NCBI RefSeq assembly: GCF_004010195.1 | Contig: NC_057718.1 | Location: forward strand, 31,026,902 to 31,090,901 | Reading direction: 5' to 3' | Source: Chiloscyllium plagiosum | Taxonomy: Eukaryota | DNA: 64,000 nt | Shown: piece after piece, positions 12,900 through 26,139 of the stretch | Numbering within the stretch: position 1 is the stretch's first letter | Layout: every line of letters starts with the position of its first letter | The notes under the pieces: generated by a model | What the model was told of the DNA's origin: nothing | Database searches by the model: none | Seen by the model: the letters and a program-made list of their open reading frames with translations, nothing else | Position numbers and translations under genes: made by a program

Positions 12900-13085
12900 C
12901 CTTTAAGATTTACCTCAGCAAACAAGAAGGAGTTCAGTTTAATATCACAAATGAAAGACAGCAATTCTACCCAATTCCAAGTTAAAATATTCACCTAGAC
13001 TATGTGCTCCAGCTTTTCAGTGGTACTTGTACACACAACCTTCTTGATCATACAACAGATTACAACCTAAAGAACTGAACTGACA
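12900..13085 (-). mobile_element. Ancient SINE fragment (DeuSINE/SacSINE1-like)
   Basis: cagtttaat.tc...gaaagacagca core shared with 23600-24140 and 60160-60270. Confidence 0.45.
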
Positions 13086-13349
13086 TACCCAAAATTTTCA
13101 AAGGACTACCAGGTCAGGACCTAGTGTAGGCAGCCTTTAAAAATCACAATTCCAGATGTTGCCTTAGGATTCTAATACCTCTAGGAGAGTTTTGAATTTC
13201 CAAAGGCCAGGGGAGAATGACATGTTTGGTGAGGAAGGTGGGGGATGGGTGGTATTTGTTGGTAATGGGACAGCAAACAAGGAAGACTCTAGTCGCCACA
13301 AATAGCTCCTTAAGGTGTTTGTTTCTGTGTTTGTTAATTATCCAATGCA

Positions 13350-13685
13350 TTTATTTGTATTCTTTCATAGGATTTTGATGCTGCTAATATCACAATTGTT
13401 GCCTATCATTAATTGCAGTTGAACAGGTAGATAAGCTAGGCTGCTTCAGAAGGCATTTAAGAGTGAACTACAGGACTGGAGTCATGTGTGGGACGGTCTG
13501 GGTAATGACAGCAGATTTAACAAAGACATTAGTGAATCTGATTTTTTTTAACAACAGGCAGTCATTATCACCATTAGTGAGCTTCGTATACATGTTCATT
13601 AATGGAATTGAAATTCTACTGCCTACCATGGCGGCATTTGAACCCATATCCCAATTCACCTGGGCCTCTGGATTACTGCGCTACA
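13350..13685 (-). mobile_element. tRNA-derived SINE whose 3' tail is shared with the LINE at 18210
   Basis: B-box-like GGTTCAAATGCC on the minus strand near 13630-13645. The tail resembles 18215-18290 and 40735-40795. Confidence 0.6.
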
Positions 13686-14019
13686 ATTTCTCTTAATTTT
13701 CATTGCTTTTTCTGATGAACTCAAAATGACTGTGCACATCAGTGTCCAGTTTCTAAAGCTGTTGAATTCATTGTGGGGCCCAAGTAAATTTCTTTTCAGT
13801 TATCTTGGAAATAATTTGGTGGAGCCAACACACAGTGGCACAAAGACTGGTCCTTACCTTGTCATAAAAGTTTGTAATCTGCTGCATTCTACCTCACCGC
13901 TCACTACAGGAGCTGTCTGCTCCAACCAGCAAGACAGTGGCAGCCCCAACATGACTACCAACTGCGTTTGCCATTGGTGCCAGGTAGGCATCTCCTGCCT
14001 CCTGGAGACAGCCAACAAC

Positions 14020-14318
14020 AAGAGGGCATAGGTTCAGGTTGAGAGGGGAAAGATATAAAAGCGACCTAAGGGGCAACGTTTTCACACAGAGGGTGGTGTG
14101 TCTGTATGGAATGAGCTGCCAGAGGAAGTGGTGGAAGCTGGTACAATTACAACATTTAAAAGGCTTCTGGATGGGTATATGAATAGGAAGAGTTTCAAGT
14201 GATATGGGCCAAGTGCTGGCAAATGGGATTAGATTAGGTTAGAATATCTGGGCGGCTTAGACAAGTTGAACTGAAGGGTCTGTTTCTGTGCTGTATATTT
14301 TTATGACTCTATGTCTCT
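14020..14318 (+). mobile_element. CR1/HER1 LINE 3' end
   Basis: agagggcataggtt...gaatgagctgccagagg...tatgactctatg tail. Confidence 0.9.
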
Positions 14319-14912
14319 AACTGTATTTTGGCATCAAACCCCCCTCCAATGAGGCAACTTACAATCAAATGTTATGCTTCAGGAAGAGCACAACTTCAGA
14401 CGTGGCTTTAGAGTCCAGAATTCATCCAGTTATCAGGCTCCTGATGCTGGATTGCAAATCTCGCAATCTAATCTAAGCTGGCATCAAAACATATTTATAA
14501 TCCACACCAGGCCCATTCTTCTAATGTACATATATTTATCAGGATATCTTTGACTGCTCTTTTCTTTTCTGGCTGCACTTGCTGAAAATTAATCACTTCA
14601 TTTTAAATTAGATGAACATGTTAAATCTCTACTTTCTGTAGTAGCACAGGTTTACTGAGAGATGATGCATAAGGCTAGCAATAATATAATCAATTGAATA
14701 ATTTACTTACAAGTCCTTCAATTTTAGAATTCTTCTGTTTGCATATTTTACAAATTGTTGTACTATTATTTCAACAAACAACTTCAGAAGTTGGGGAAAC
14801 ATTTGCACTTAGACTAACAATGTTTGAATACTACCCATACTTTAAAAATGGAAGATGAGTTAACAGGAACCATTTAGTCTGACACTTATAGGGATATGTT
14901 CATATAAACCAT

Positions 14913-15213
14913 GGGTGGCACGGTGGCTCAATGGTTAGCACTGCTGCCTCACAGCACCAAGGACCTGGGTTCAATTCTCAGATCGGGCAACTGTCTGTGT
15001 GGAGTTTGCACGTTCTCCCTGTGTCTGCGTGGGTTTCCTCCGGGTGCTCCGGTTTCCTCCCACAGTCCAAAGATGTGCAGGTTAGGTGAATTGGCCATGG
15101 TCAATTGGATTAGTCAGGGGTAAATGTAGGGGAATGGGTCTGGGTGTGTTGCTCTTCGGAGGGTCGATGTGGACTTGTTGTGCCAAAGGGCCTGTTTCCA
15201 CACTGTTCTAATC
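14913..15213 (+). mobile_element. HE1-type V-SINE, near full length
   Basis: A box TGGCTCAATGG, B box GGTTCAATTC, V-domain gtggagtttgcacgttctccc..gggtttcctccgggtgctccggtttcctcccac, and a CR1-like tail. Confidence 0.9.
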
Positions 15214-18209
15214 TTAAACTAGAGTTAGAAAAGTCAAACCTGCAACCTTAGGACGTTTTTAGTCTTGTTTATTTTATATAATATTGATTGCAGCAAGTTT
15301 TGCCTGTCAGATTACCACTAGACCTCAGGCAGTCAACTGTTAGGAGTTGGCAGTGGTGAGGAAGTGTTGGGGTGTTAATGCAATGGCTGTGGGGAGATTT
15401 GTGAACTATCTCAGCTATCTCAATGGACAAAGTCCAAACAGAAATGAGTTTCTCATAGTGGAGAGTGAAATGAAGCCACCTATGGATAGTACAAAAGATG
15501 TTTGTGACTAAGTGGAAAGGGTTAATAAGACAGTATTAATTCATAGTTATAGTAATCTCTATAATTACGAAATTACAGAATTTATTTATAATCATATCTA
15601 CCACCATGATGGTGCAAAGAGTAGTGGAGACATGGAAATGTATCCACGCAAGCAAGATATCCAACAATAGGTGTGATTCATGTTTAAATGACTAATGATG
15701 TAGAGAACAAGAAAACAAAATTATGGAAAAGACAATGGACAGGGAATGATGAAACTGAGCTCATGGAGAATGGTTCCCAACAATGAAAGGGTGAAGTTGT
15801 CATTCAGCACTTAATGAAACAGAGAAGCTGGAGTGCTCAGATCATATCAAATGTATCCCAAAGAACTTACTTGAAATTGTCTGGATTTAACAAGTATTGT
15901 ACAATGATGCATGTCACAAGACTGTACCAGTAGTTTTTAATCTATAAAGTGTAACTTTAACCACTAGCATTGCCAGGTTTCCGAAAAAAACCTCCTAATT
16001 TTTTATTGGGCAAGAACATCAGACTGATAAAAGTAATAAAAAATATCATTAATGTATCTTTACATCACCGCTGCATATCATCTTGTGTGCATGGCCCAAA
16101 AAAATGAGCAAGTGTTTCTGTATGTGGCAAAGGACCAGGAAACGTTTATTAATTGTTTTCAATGGATTAGCGACAAGAAAATCAGCCTGATGATATTATT
16201 TTATCACATGTTAATAAGATGGAATTACCATTTTTTTCACAGGCCATTGATTAGTGTGAAATAATAAATAGGTATTATTGTTTTAAGTTAATCTACATAT
16301 TACATCATAGTACCATGAATATGTGATGCAGGAGAATTTTCACAGTAATTTTCTTGTCTGTCCGCCATGATCAGCAAAAAAATTGTTGAAGAAGAAAGCG
16401 ATGCATGTACTTACAAAACATTTCTCACAATCTTAGGGTGTCCTCACGCACTTTACAGCCAGTAATGTACTTCTATGTAGAGTAGTTACTATTGTAATTC
16501 ATAAAACATAGTTAGGTGGGTAATGGTTCCTGCATCGCATTTCTAGCAACAATTGTACCAGGCTGACATATTATTGTGACATGTATATGCCTGAAATTAA
16601 CTACAAAGCATTATCTCTGTAAAATAAATGATGCCCTACATGTTAATATTTGTCACTATGAAGACCTGAAATAATAGTTATTACTTCATTCACTGTTGAT
16701 TATTTCATAACAATCACGTCATTGTGACTTCCCTTAAGCAGCATGATCAGTTATATGTAATAGATTAGCTTGTAACTTTCAACATTTTGCATTTAGAAAT
16801 GAACAAGCTCTTATGGGCTGAATGGATGAAAAGGTTACAGCTCAACCACTTAGGAGATTATTCACAATTTGTATGATGCATTGAAATTAGATGGACGTAT
16901 TTCAGAAGAGGATAATATTTGCCTGAACTCTCTGACTGTATATGCAGCAAGTATTAGATTTTGCTATTCTGGAGGCCCATATACATGCAATAAACTGTTG
17001 CAGTTGTCCTCAAGCTATTTTTTGTTGAAGGACCCCTTTTCAAAGAGGGTAGTAATTGCCTAATACCCTCCATCTACGTTCTGATAATATGTTATACTCA
17101 TAAATGAAATTGATGCATGTAAAGTGTATTTTAATAATATTTTTCAGGAAACAGGTAGTAACTCACAGATATCAGTGATATGGGCATGAGTGGTTCTCAC
17201 TGAAGAGTTTGTCTATGCGTATCTGCTCCCCTCCTTTTTGAGACAGCTAATCCACTCTGCAATACACATGTGCTGGTCATGCACCATTCATGTTACCTGG
17301 CTTTCATTTCACATTATTTCATAGAAATTATGGAAAAGCTCTTCAGACCCCTAAGAAAATGCAGATTCCAGTTTGAGAACCACTAATCGATTGAGAACGA
17401 AGATGAGTCTGGTCAGCTATATTAACTTTTGTTTGCCTCATATCCACCTGAAATCCATTTCAGTCACTTCTAGGCTGAAAGACATCCTTTGTGAAAATAT
17501 AATTGATCAGTTTCTGAACACAGAAATCAATATTCTTCATTTAAAAACATTATTTGACTTCAATGGCAATTACTACACATTAATTGTAACAGGAAGTGCA
17601 GGTTTTGTAGGCAGAATCCAGATTAGAGGTATAGGCAAAAAAGCTGTTACTACTTCCCTCCTTCCCCAAATTTCCATCTGTTTTCATAGCCTCTTATATA
17701 GATAATAGCAGTTGGGAATAAAGCCATTGGTTTCACTGTATAAACAGGAGAATTCCAGAAATACTTTATCCATCGAAAATCACAATATTATTTGGCTCTG
17801 ATGTTATAGTATTAGGCTCTAATTTTTGCAGAAATAGCAATAATAAGGTTGAATTGCCTTGGAGGGTCCTCCCTTAAATTTCTTAGGTTACTGGTATGTA
17901 GAATTTTGCCTAATTTGGTTTGCAGTACAATTGGTGCGTATGAAATGCTTTAGTTAGTACCTTTTAAAAGCATTCCGTTAACAAATAAAAAAAAAATGAA
18001 ATGGCTAATCTATTATTGTTACTGCTGATAGAAGAGAAAAGCTGAATATTCATAGTGCATATGCAACATTGCATTGTCTGTGGGCCAGCAGTAGATGGCA
18101 GCTTGAATCAGCACTCAGTCCATACTAGTCATAAATTGATAACAAATTACTGATTATCTGACATAAAAAAATGCAAAAAGATGAATAAATCCGAGACATT
18201 TTATCAAGC

Positions 18210-19710
18210 TTTTTTTTATTTACTCATGAGATATGGGCATCGTTGGCTGTCCAGCACTTATTGCCCAATCCGAATTGCCCCTCAGCGGGTAATAGTGCGT
18301 TGCCTTCTTGAGGTGCTACAGTTCACAAGTGTATGTTGACCCACAATGTCCTTAGTTATGGAATTCCAGGATTTTAACCCAGCAACACTGAAGGAATGAC
18401 AATATATTTCCAAGTCAGGATGTTGAGTGGCTTGGAGGGGGAACTTTCAGGTTGTGGTATTCCCAGGTGTCTCCTGTCCTTGTCCTTCTAGATGGAAGTT
18501 GTTTTTGGGTTTGAAAGATGCTGTCTAAGTGGCTTTGAAGAATTTCTGCAGTGCATCTTGTGGATAGCATACACTGTGTTCCGGCAATTGGTGGTGGAGG
18601 AAATGGATGCTTGTGGATATTGTGTCAATCGAGCGGGCTGCTTTACCCGAGATGGTGTCAAGCTTCTTGAGTGTTGTTGGAGCTCCACCCATCCAGGCAT
18701 GTGTGGAGCATTCCATCACACTGTGCCTTATAGATGGTGGACAGGCTTTCGGAAGTCATCAGGTGAGTCACTCACCACAGTAATCTTAGCCTCCGACCTA
18801 CTCTTATACCACTGTCGATGGTAACCACAATGATGTTGATAGTGGAGGATTCAGTGATGTTAATACCATTAATATCAAACAGCAGTGATTAGAATGTCTT
18901 GTATTGAAAATGGTCATTGCTTATTATTTTTGTGGCACAAGTGTTACTTTCCACTTATCAGCCCAAGTCTAGATATTATCCAGATGCTGTTGCATTTGCA
19001 AAGCATCTGAGGAACCAGGAATGGTGTCACCATCAGTGAACATCCCCAATTCTGACCTTAAGATGAAGGGAAGATTATTGATGAAGCAGCTGAAACATGG
19101 TTGGAAGTAGGACACTACCCTGCAGAGTTGTCCTGGAGTTGAGATGACTGACCTCCAACAACCACAAGCATCTTCCAATATGCCAGATATGACCCCAACC
19201 AGTGGAGAGTTTGTCACTTGATACCCATTGATTCCAGGTTTGCTAGGGCTCCTTGATGCCACGCTCAGTTGAATGTGGCCTTGATGTCAAGAACTGTCAC
19301 TCTCACCTCACCTCTGGAATTCAGCTCTTTTGGCCATGTTTGAACCAAGGCAATAATGAGGTCAGGAACTGAGTGGCCCTGGCAGACCCTAATCTGGGCA
19401 TCACTGAGCAGGTTATAGCTGAGCAGGTGCTGCTTAACAGCACTGTTGTTGACACCTTCCATCACTTTACTGATGACTGAGAATAGACTTAGCTCCATCA
19501 ATCACTTGCTGTTTATGCAGTTTGGCATGCAACTAGTCCTGTTTGGTAGCTTTGCCAGATTAATACCACATTTTAAGATAAGTCTGGTACTGCTCCTGGT
19601 GTGATCTCCTGCACTCTCCATTGAACTAAGGTTGATCCCTTGGCTTGATGTTAATGGTTGAGTTGGAGATATGCCAGCTTGCAGATTTTATTGGAGTACA
19701 ATTCTAATAT
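18210..19710 (-). mobile_element. Non-LTR retrotransposon (second, CR1/L2-related family), decayed RT and 3' end
   Basis: SLFSVISKVMEG..HLLSYNLLSDAQ..GHSVPDLI...LDIKATF and FINNLP...FTDG are non-LTR RT domains. The 3' end and a T-run lie near 18210. Confidence 0.85.
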
Positions 19711-20232
19711 TTCTGATCTTTAAAGGGGAGGTTTCAATTTGAGTACAAAGGTTAACTCCTCTTGTAAAAACATGGGCAACGACTGATGTCTTGGACACTG
19801 GACAATTCTGCAGGGCAGCATCAGAGGAAGGTGCTGAATGTCATACTCTGGCAAAGATGTGAGTTCAAATTGTGTAGAGAAAGGTCAACAATCAAATTTA
19901 TACATTAATGTCTTCTATATCTGCAAATGAGGTAGAAATTTGTGAGTATCTGAATTGTGGTGAATGGTCAGCATACTCCTCAGTTATACACACATTCTTG
20001 AGGACCCCAGTAACCATAATTTGCAAGTTTTGAGATACTCTATTAAGATCAGCACATACTGCTTGCAGAATGTTCTATGTCTTATTCAGCTTCTCACAAG
20101 TATAGAGTTAAATGAGCTTCCATTTGAAATCAATGCTTGGTTTATACTGGTATGCACCAGTAACTGTTCAATGGCAGTGTGATATCCCAGAAGCATCTGG
20201 TGTCATGAAATTCTTGATGCTCTGATTCTGTT

Positions 20233-20660
20233 TAGAGTCATAGAGTCATCTAGATATACAGCACGGAAACAGACCCTTCAGTCCAACTCATCCATGTCGA
20301 CCAGATATCCTAACCCAATCTAGTCCCACTTGCCAGCACTCGGCCCATATCCCTCCAAACCCTTCCTATTCATATACCCATCCAGATGTCTTTTACATGT
20401 TGCAATTGTACTAACCTTTACCACTTCCTCTGGCAGCTCATTCCATACACACACTACCCTCTGTGAAAAAGCTGCCCCTTAGGTCTCTTTCCCCGCTTGC
20501 CCTAAACCTATGCCCTTTACTTCTGGACTTGCCCACCCTAGGGAACAAACTTTGTTTATTCCATCCACAGACTTTGTTTATTCCATCCATGCCCCTCATG
20601 ATTTTGTAAACCTCTATAAACTCATCCCTCACCCTCCTTTGCTCCAGGGAAAGCTTCACT
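20233..20660 (-). mobile_element. CR1/HER1 LINE 3' end
   Basis: tagagtcatagagtcat tail; ORF SLEQRRVRDEFIEVYKIMRG. Internal 23 bp tandem duplication near 20550-20592. Confidence 0.9.
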
Positions 20661-21319
20661 ATCTCATCTACCCGCAACTCTACTTGTGATAAATTTTACA
20701 AGATGAATTATGAGCCTTTCATTATTTCATCTTTCTCGGTAGTAATTTATATAAATAGTTATGAAACATTTGAAGGCATTCCTTCACCACCAGAGTTAAT
20801 CAGTTCTCATGAGGATTCAGGGGTACAAATACACTGCAACAATATGCATGAATATTGGTGCTCCAAAAGCTTTTTGGGTTTCATGTGGTTTCACCATTCA
20901 GCCCTGACCAGCAACTATGAAATGTGTGGCAGCTGTGGAGTAACGAGTTAACAGCATACGTCTAGGAGATCATGATGTAACAATGATGTAAGGTCACACA
21001 ACTAGAGAGAGAGCGTGTCAAAAGAGATCTCAAGGAGGAAAGATTCTTACTGTTTTTATACAATCTCTGCAAATTAATGTTCTTGCTAGAATAAACACAA
21101 ACAATGATAAGGTCATTTGAAAGACAATCAGGCTCCTTATCACCCTGGTGGCAAGATGAATGAAGATTTATTTCTGTTCATCCTCCTCCTTTCCATGTTG
21201 CTCTGCTGCTATTGAATTACTTTGGGTTGAACACCAGAATTTTTCATATCCAAATTATGATTGAAAATGTAAGTTTAACGTGTTGTACAGGTTGGAGATC
21301 AACTAGTGCACTATATTCT

Positions 21320-22524
21320 GGAGATGTCCAAAACTAGAGTTCAAGCACATCAGATAAACATGACTGAAGCCAATAAAGAATTCAGGAGGAACCTCTTTGC
21401 CAAGACAATAGTTAAGAATGTGGAATTTGCTACCAAAAAGAATTGAAGTACACAGCATTGAGGTATTCTAAGGGAGGCTAGCTAAGCCAAGTGATGAAGA
21501 ATGAGAAAATGGCTCAAATTTTCCAGTCAGGGTCAGAGACTCTCTTTCTGACACTGATCAGACAAAAGAAAATTACACACTTACCTTTTCCTAATTTTTC
21601 TGGCCGATCTTCGGATGGAGTATCCTGTGGAAGTCAGTTAGCAGTGTAGCAATGGAAACATCGGTCATCAGGTAAGGGAATCCATACAGAAGCTGTGCCA
21701 TGTTTTACAGCACTAGTTGCCACATTCTGGTAAGTGTTCAAACACACATTGTAAAAGATATCAGACGTTAAAACAATTTTTAATTACGTTAGTAAATGAA
21801 TGTGGCTGACTGAAATACTTTATGAGTAAGTGGGTACGTGGGTGAATAGAGAGGTTTGTAAGTGAATAGGGTGGATGAGATAAATCAGTGTGGTGGGTGA
21901 GGTATACATGTTTGAGAGTAGTGTAGATGGGATAAGTGGATTTGAGGGTAGAATGGGTGAAGGAAAGGGGTAAGGGGGTGTGAGGGAAGTAGGGAAGGAG
22001 GTAGGTGAGTGTGGCAAATATGTAGATTGGAAAGTGAGAAGGATGGCAGACTGATCAGTGGGTAAGGTAGCAACTGGCTCAAGTGGGTGAATTGAGTGGT
22101 CAAGGTTCAGATTGGGTCGGTGAGCATCAAAGGGTGGTGGGGTGGATGCAGTCATTGTATAATTACCCAAGAGTTAGCCTAGGATGTGTCCATTTAATAT
22201 TTCCTGAGTATACACCAGGTTGGCCGGTCTGAACAGTCTAAAGATTCTGACTTTTATTCGGAGACATTTTTTCAATGTCCCAGGGAACAGCAGAATAGGC
22301 TGTTTAATCTTTCTGCGCAATGCCCACAGAGTCAGTTCACCAGATTTCTGAGGACAATATGCATCACCGGTCATAACACCTGTCCAAAGATTGGAAGATC
22401 TGGGCAATAGGACATGCTGCTCAGCTTAGCTGAAATAGTGGGACAAAGCCTGTCCAGAGCAATAGAAACAGACCAACTGGGTAAAATTGTCTGTTTCTGT
22501 GTTGTAAGTTCTATGCAATTCTAA
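21320..22524 (+). mobile_element. Old CR1 3' end split by an insertion at 21511-22405
   Basis: CR1 3' sequence at 21320-21510 resumes at 22406-22524 (tgtttctgtgttgtaagttctatg). Confidence 0.55.
21511..22405. mobile_element. Non-autonomous DNA transposon (MITE-like) with imperfect TIRs
   Basis: GGCTCAAATTTTCCA (21511) versus TGGAAGATCTGGGC (22392-22405). G/T-rich interior. Interrupts a CR1 tail. Confidence 0.5.
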
Positions 22525-22817
22525 TCCATTCTGTATAAACTCTGCTATTGTCTTAAAGTTGGATGATCATTTTTGAATTTGGAGGAAATAGCTGAGGGAT
22601 AGCAAACAAAAGCCAAGACTTGTCGCTTGAGGTGCTCCTCTGCAGTTAGCAGTCTTCTTACTGGCATGGTAGGCATGGATCTGAGGTTAGTCGCAGTCTC
22701 CTCAAAATCATTCTTCGAGCTCTTTTTCAAAGCAAAACGTGGCATTGCGACTACTTCACAGGGAAGGACATTCAATAGCACCTTGGATGATAGTCTTGAA
22801 TCATATCTATTTTCCAA

Positions 22818-23058
22818 TCAACCTGCTCAGAGATGTTCTTACCTACCACTGTTGCAGGTGGGTCTCCTAGTCCAGAAGGAGAAACATGCCACTGCACCAC
22901 AGAGCCCTTTTAGTCATTGAATCCAATTTTCTTTTTACTTTACCTATTTTTCTAATCAACCTATTTGGAGATGTTTTTACACAGCTCTGGAGCAGGTGGG
23001 ACTCAAACCTGGGCCTCTCAGTTAGAGGTAGGGAAACTATTAGTGCACCACAAGAGCT
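22818..23058 (-). mobile_element. Dimeric tRNA-related SINE
   Basis: Two related ~90-100 bp units (aacct...gagatgtt...gcaggtggga...gcaccaca.gagc). Confidence 0.55.
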
Positions 23059-23599
23059 GTTTCAGCCATTGAATTAATTTGGTATTGCCATACATGGAAC
23101 ACCTGAACATTAATTGATTACAAGTCTTTTATTCTCACTTAGTTCATTGGGCTTATGTGAAAAGATCTGGTACACATGCTTTGATTGCTTTTGGAGAAAT
23201 ATTACACTTTTCACACAGTATTCTCTGTTCAGGTGATAGATACCTTAAAGTAATTAAAAGTTTGCTTCTTAAAAACCTGTAGAAAACTGCTGATTGCCCG
23301 ATGTGGCAAACGTCCTCGCAGGCGTTTTTAGAGCTCAGATAATATAGGAATTTCATATTGTGGTAATGCTCACACCTGATATCAACTGCGATACATTGCG
23401 TGGAAGATGGCCCATTCTGGCATTTTCTGTTTTGTGAAACGGAAGTGACATAAACATGATTCTGCTAACATATTCAGTACATGTAGAGAGATCTGTCATT
23501 TCAGATTGCAGAGTAGTATGCATGCCACAAATTCTTAATGTGTCAATGCCTTTCTTCAATTATTTTTATCTACCTGAACAAATAGATAGGAACATTGCT

Positions 23600-24140
23600 T
23601 ATCTTCCTATCTGCAAGACAGCATTCTGATAATGCAGCAACTTTCATTACTACACTATTATTACACTGAAATGTCAGCCTTAGTTTTAGACCAATAACCT
23701 TCGGATGCAAAGCTAATCAGAGGGTCACTCAGAAAGGTATGGATGCATAGATTAAAAATAAAATTGCCTTAGAACTTTTGATCTAGCTCAAAAATATTTT
23801 ATAACAAATAACACAAGGAAACAAAGCATCTCATTTGTACTGAGCAATGTTGTACAAACAACAATGGAATAATAAGCAGGCAATGATTTAGTGCTGTTTT
23901 TTGAGGTATAAATTTTAAACTTGTTGCTGAGAGAACTCTTTGCTTCTTCAAGTACTGTCATAGAACATTTATATTCACCAGACAGAGAAGTCAGGATCTC
24001 AGTTTAAAGTTTAATTCGAAAGATGGGGCCTCCAACAGTGTGGCACTCCTTCAATATTACACAAGAACTAATATAAATTGTGTTGTCAAATTTTTGGACT
24101 GGGATTTTAACCCAAAACAATGTTACCTCTGAGACACGGG
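23600..24140 (-). mobile_element. Ancient SINE fragments (DeuSINE/SacSINE1-like)
   Basis: ctcagtttaaagtttaattcgaaagatgg..ccaacagtgtggcactccttcaatattacac core, with a related copy at 23615-23700. Confidence 0.5.
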
Positions 24141-24699
24141 TGTTAATCTGGCTGGTTCAGTGATAGAGGTCCCAGCAGAAACATTCCAGCACTAATACTG
24201 AGAAAGAAGAGAGAACAAATTTTCAGAGTTCTGTGATTTGAAACTAACGGCATAAATATGAAGTGACATCCCCTCTCTGTTTATGTATCTGTTGGCATGT
24301 GGAACACAGACAAAGGACTCTATGTGTAATGCACCAGGACTATTGGGAATTCTGCCAGGCAGCAGAGTTTCTGTGCTCTCTTTCATTGATGTTCCTTTCT
24401 GTTCACTCATAATAGAGGTGTTTCTCATAGCAAACATGGTGTCAATTGTTTGCTTAAAAGAAGAACGAGGGTGTGATTGGTTCTTCTGGCCATGATTCCC
24501 TCCTGGGAGCTGTCAGGAGCCTGTTGCATTTATGCTTAACACCAAAGTGACCTTCACAGCAATGGGAGGAATAAAACCAGTCTTTGATGTTTTTTTGTGA
24601 ATCAGCCAACAGCAAGTTGTACAATTTGAAACGGGCACACAGAGAGACCATATGCTTGATATTCAAAGATAAAATAAGGGCTTACTGCACATACAGGAG

Positions 24700-25400
24700 A
24701 GTGATACTGACCACCAAATAGTGAGAAAAAAATCAAAGAGGAAATCTGCAGTCATAGTGGATTATTGAGTAGGAACAATTAAAATATTGTTCTGAGAGAT
24801 TTTAATTATCCACATACAAATTGGGAAAGACACAATCAAATGGGAAAGACACAAGAAAATGGAGATAAGGGAATTTAAGTTCGCAAATGTACAGATGATT
24901 CCTTCATCAAGTAGCGTATTGTAGGTCTATAAGGGTGGAAGCATTACATAATGTTGTTCTGAGCAACAAAATAGATTTGATATGTGTGCTAAATGCAGGT
25001 GAGTACCTTGGGAGTAATGGTAATAATACACAATTTATGACCCAAGTAGAAAGGGGAAAAAATTTCAGGATAAGGATTAGATTGGGATGGATTCTGAAAA
25101 GCTGAAAAGCAAACTGCCTGAGGAGGGATGGCAGGAGAAATTGACATGAAGAAAGCAATGATGGGATGTGATATTGTTAAATATTACAAAGGTTCAGGAT
25201 GAGTATACACCATTTTAAAAAGGAAATAACTTATTATTTTAGGGTGTGATAGATAAATAGGCAAGATATCATTTAAAATTGAAGAATTGTGCATATGTAA
25301 AAATATGTAGCATATGGACATGCTTTAAGAATAACAATGAAAATGTCACTGAAAATAAAATTTAAGAAAAGTGATTTCATGGTTTATGGAAACCTAAGAT
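24700..25400 (+). mobile_element. Very old CR1 endonuclease-region remnant
   Basis: Degenerate GDFN, EHLG.SDH-like codons (gagagattttaattatcc; gagtaccttgggagtaatggt). Confidence 0.45.
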
Positions 25401-25427
25401 GTAGTATAAGGAAAACATCAGAAACAT

Positions 25428-25819
25428 TAAAATGAGAGGTGATCTGATTGAAACTTACAGAATACTGAGAGGCCTGGATAGAGTGGATATGGAGAAGTTG
25501 TTTCCACTAATAAGAGAGTCTAGGACTTGAGGGCACAGCCTCAGAGTGAAGGGATGACCCTTTAGAACTGAGATGAGGATAGATTTCTCCAACCAGAGGA
25601 TGGTGAATCTCTGGAAATCATTGTTGCAGAAGGCTGTGGAGGCTAAGTCAATGAATGTATTTAAGACAGAGATAATTATGTTTTTGATTAATAAGGAGAT
25701 CAAAGGCTACGGGGAGGAGACTAGAGAATGGGGTTGAGAAATATATCAGCAATGATTGAATATCAGAACAGACTCAGTGGACTGAATGGCTTAATTCCGC
25801 TCCTACATCTTATGGTCTA
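25428..25819 (+). mobile_element. CR1 3' end
   Basis: MRGDLIETYRILRGLDRVD...; tail ctcctacatcttatggtct. Confidence 0.9.
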
Positions 25820-26139
25820 ATGAATAGTAGGGTACACTGCAACTATAAGTTTTGGAGCAGAGAGGTAGAGATGATGAGAGAACAGGGCTGTAAGTTTTTA
25901 GAAGAAGATTAAAAAAATTCAGGTTGATCTTTACTAAGTCAGCTGTCAGTAGGACTTTATGTGAACTTTCAGTATATTTGTTTATCAGATATCATCTTAC
26001 AGCGCACATCCAATCATATCAGGTATCAGTGTGACTTTACACTACACCCACAGACAGTTATATCACCTCCTAGTGTGATCTTTCATTTGATAATGAATCA
26101 TAAAAAAGGGTATACAGTTGATCTCAAAAAATTTCTTCA

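Noticed and set aside
14913..14990. tRNA-like sequence
   Set aside because: It is a SINE head continuing into the V-domain, not a tRNA gene.
20935..21155. Possible LTR followed by a TGG primer-binding site
   Set aside because: Single copy in the window, unclear ends, and no internal coding remnant.
21820..22170. Pro/Ser/His-rich ORFs
   Set aside because: Produced by low-complexity G/T-rich sequence.
22545..22920. Overlapping 90-97 aa ORFs
   Set aside because: No recognisable homology; one runs into a SINE.
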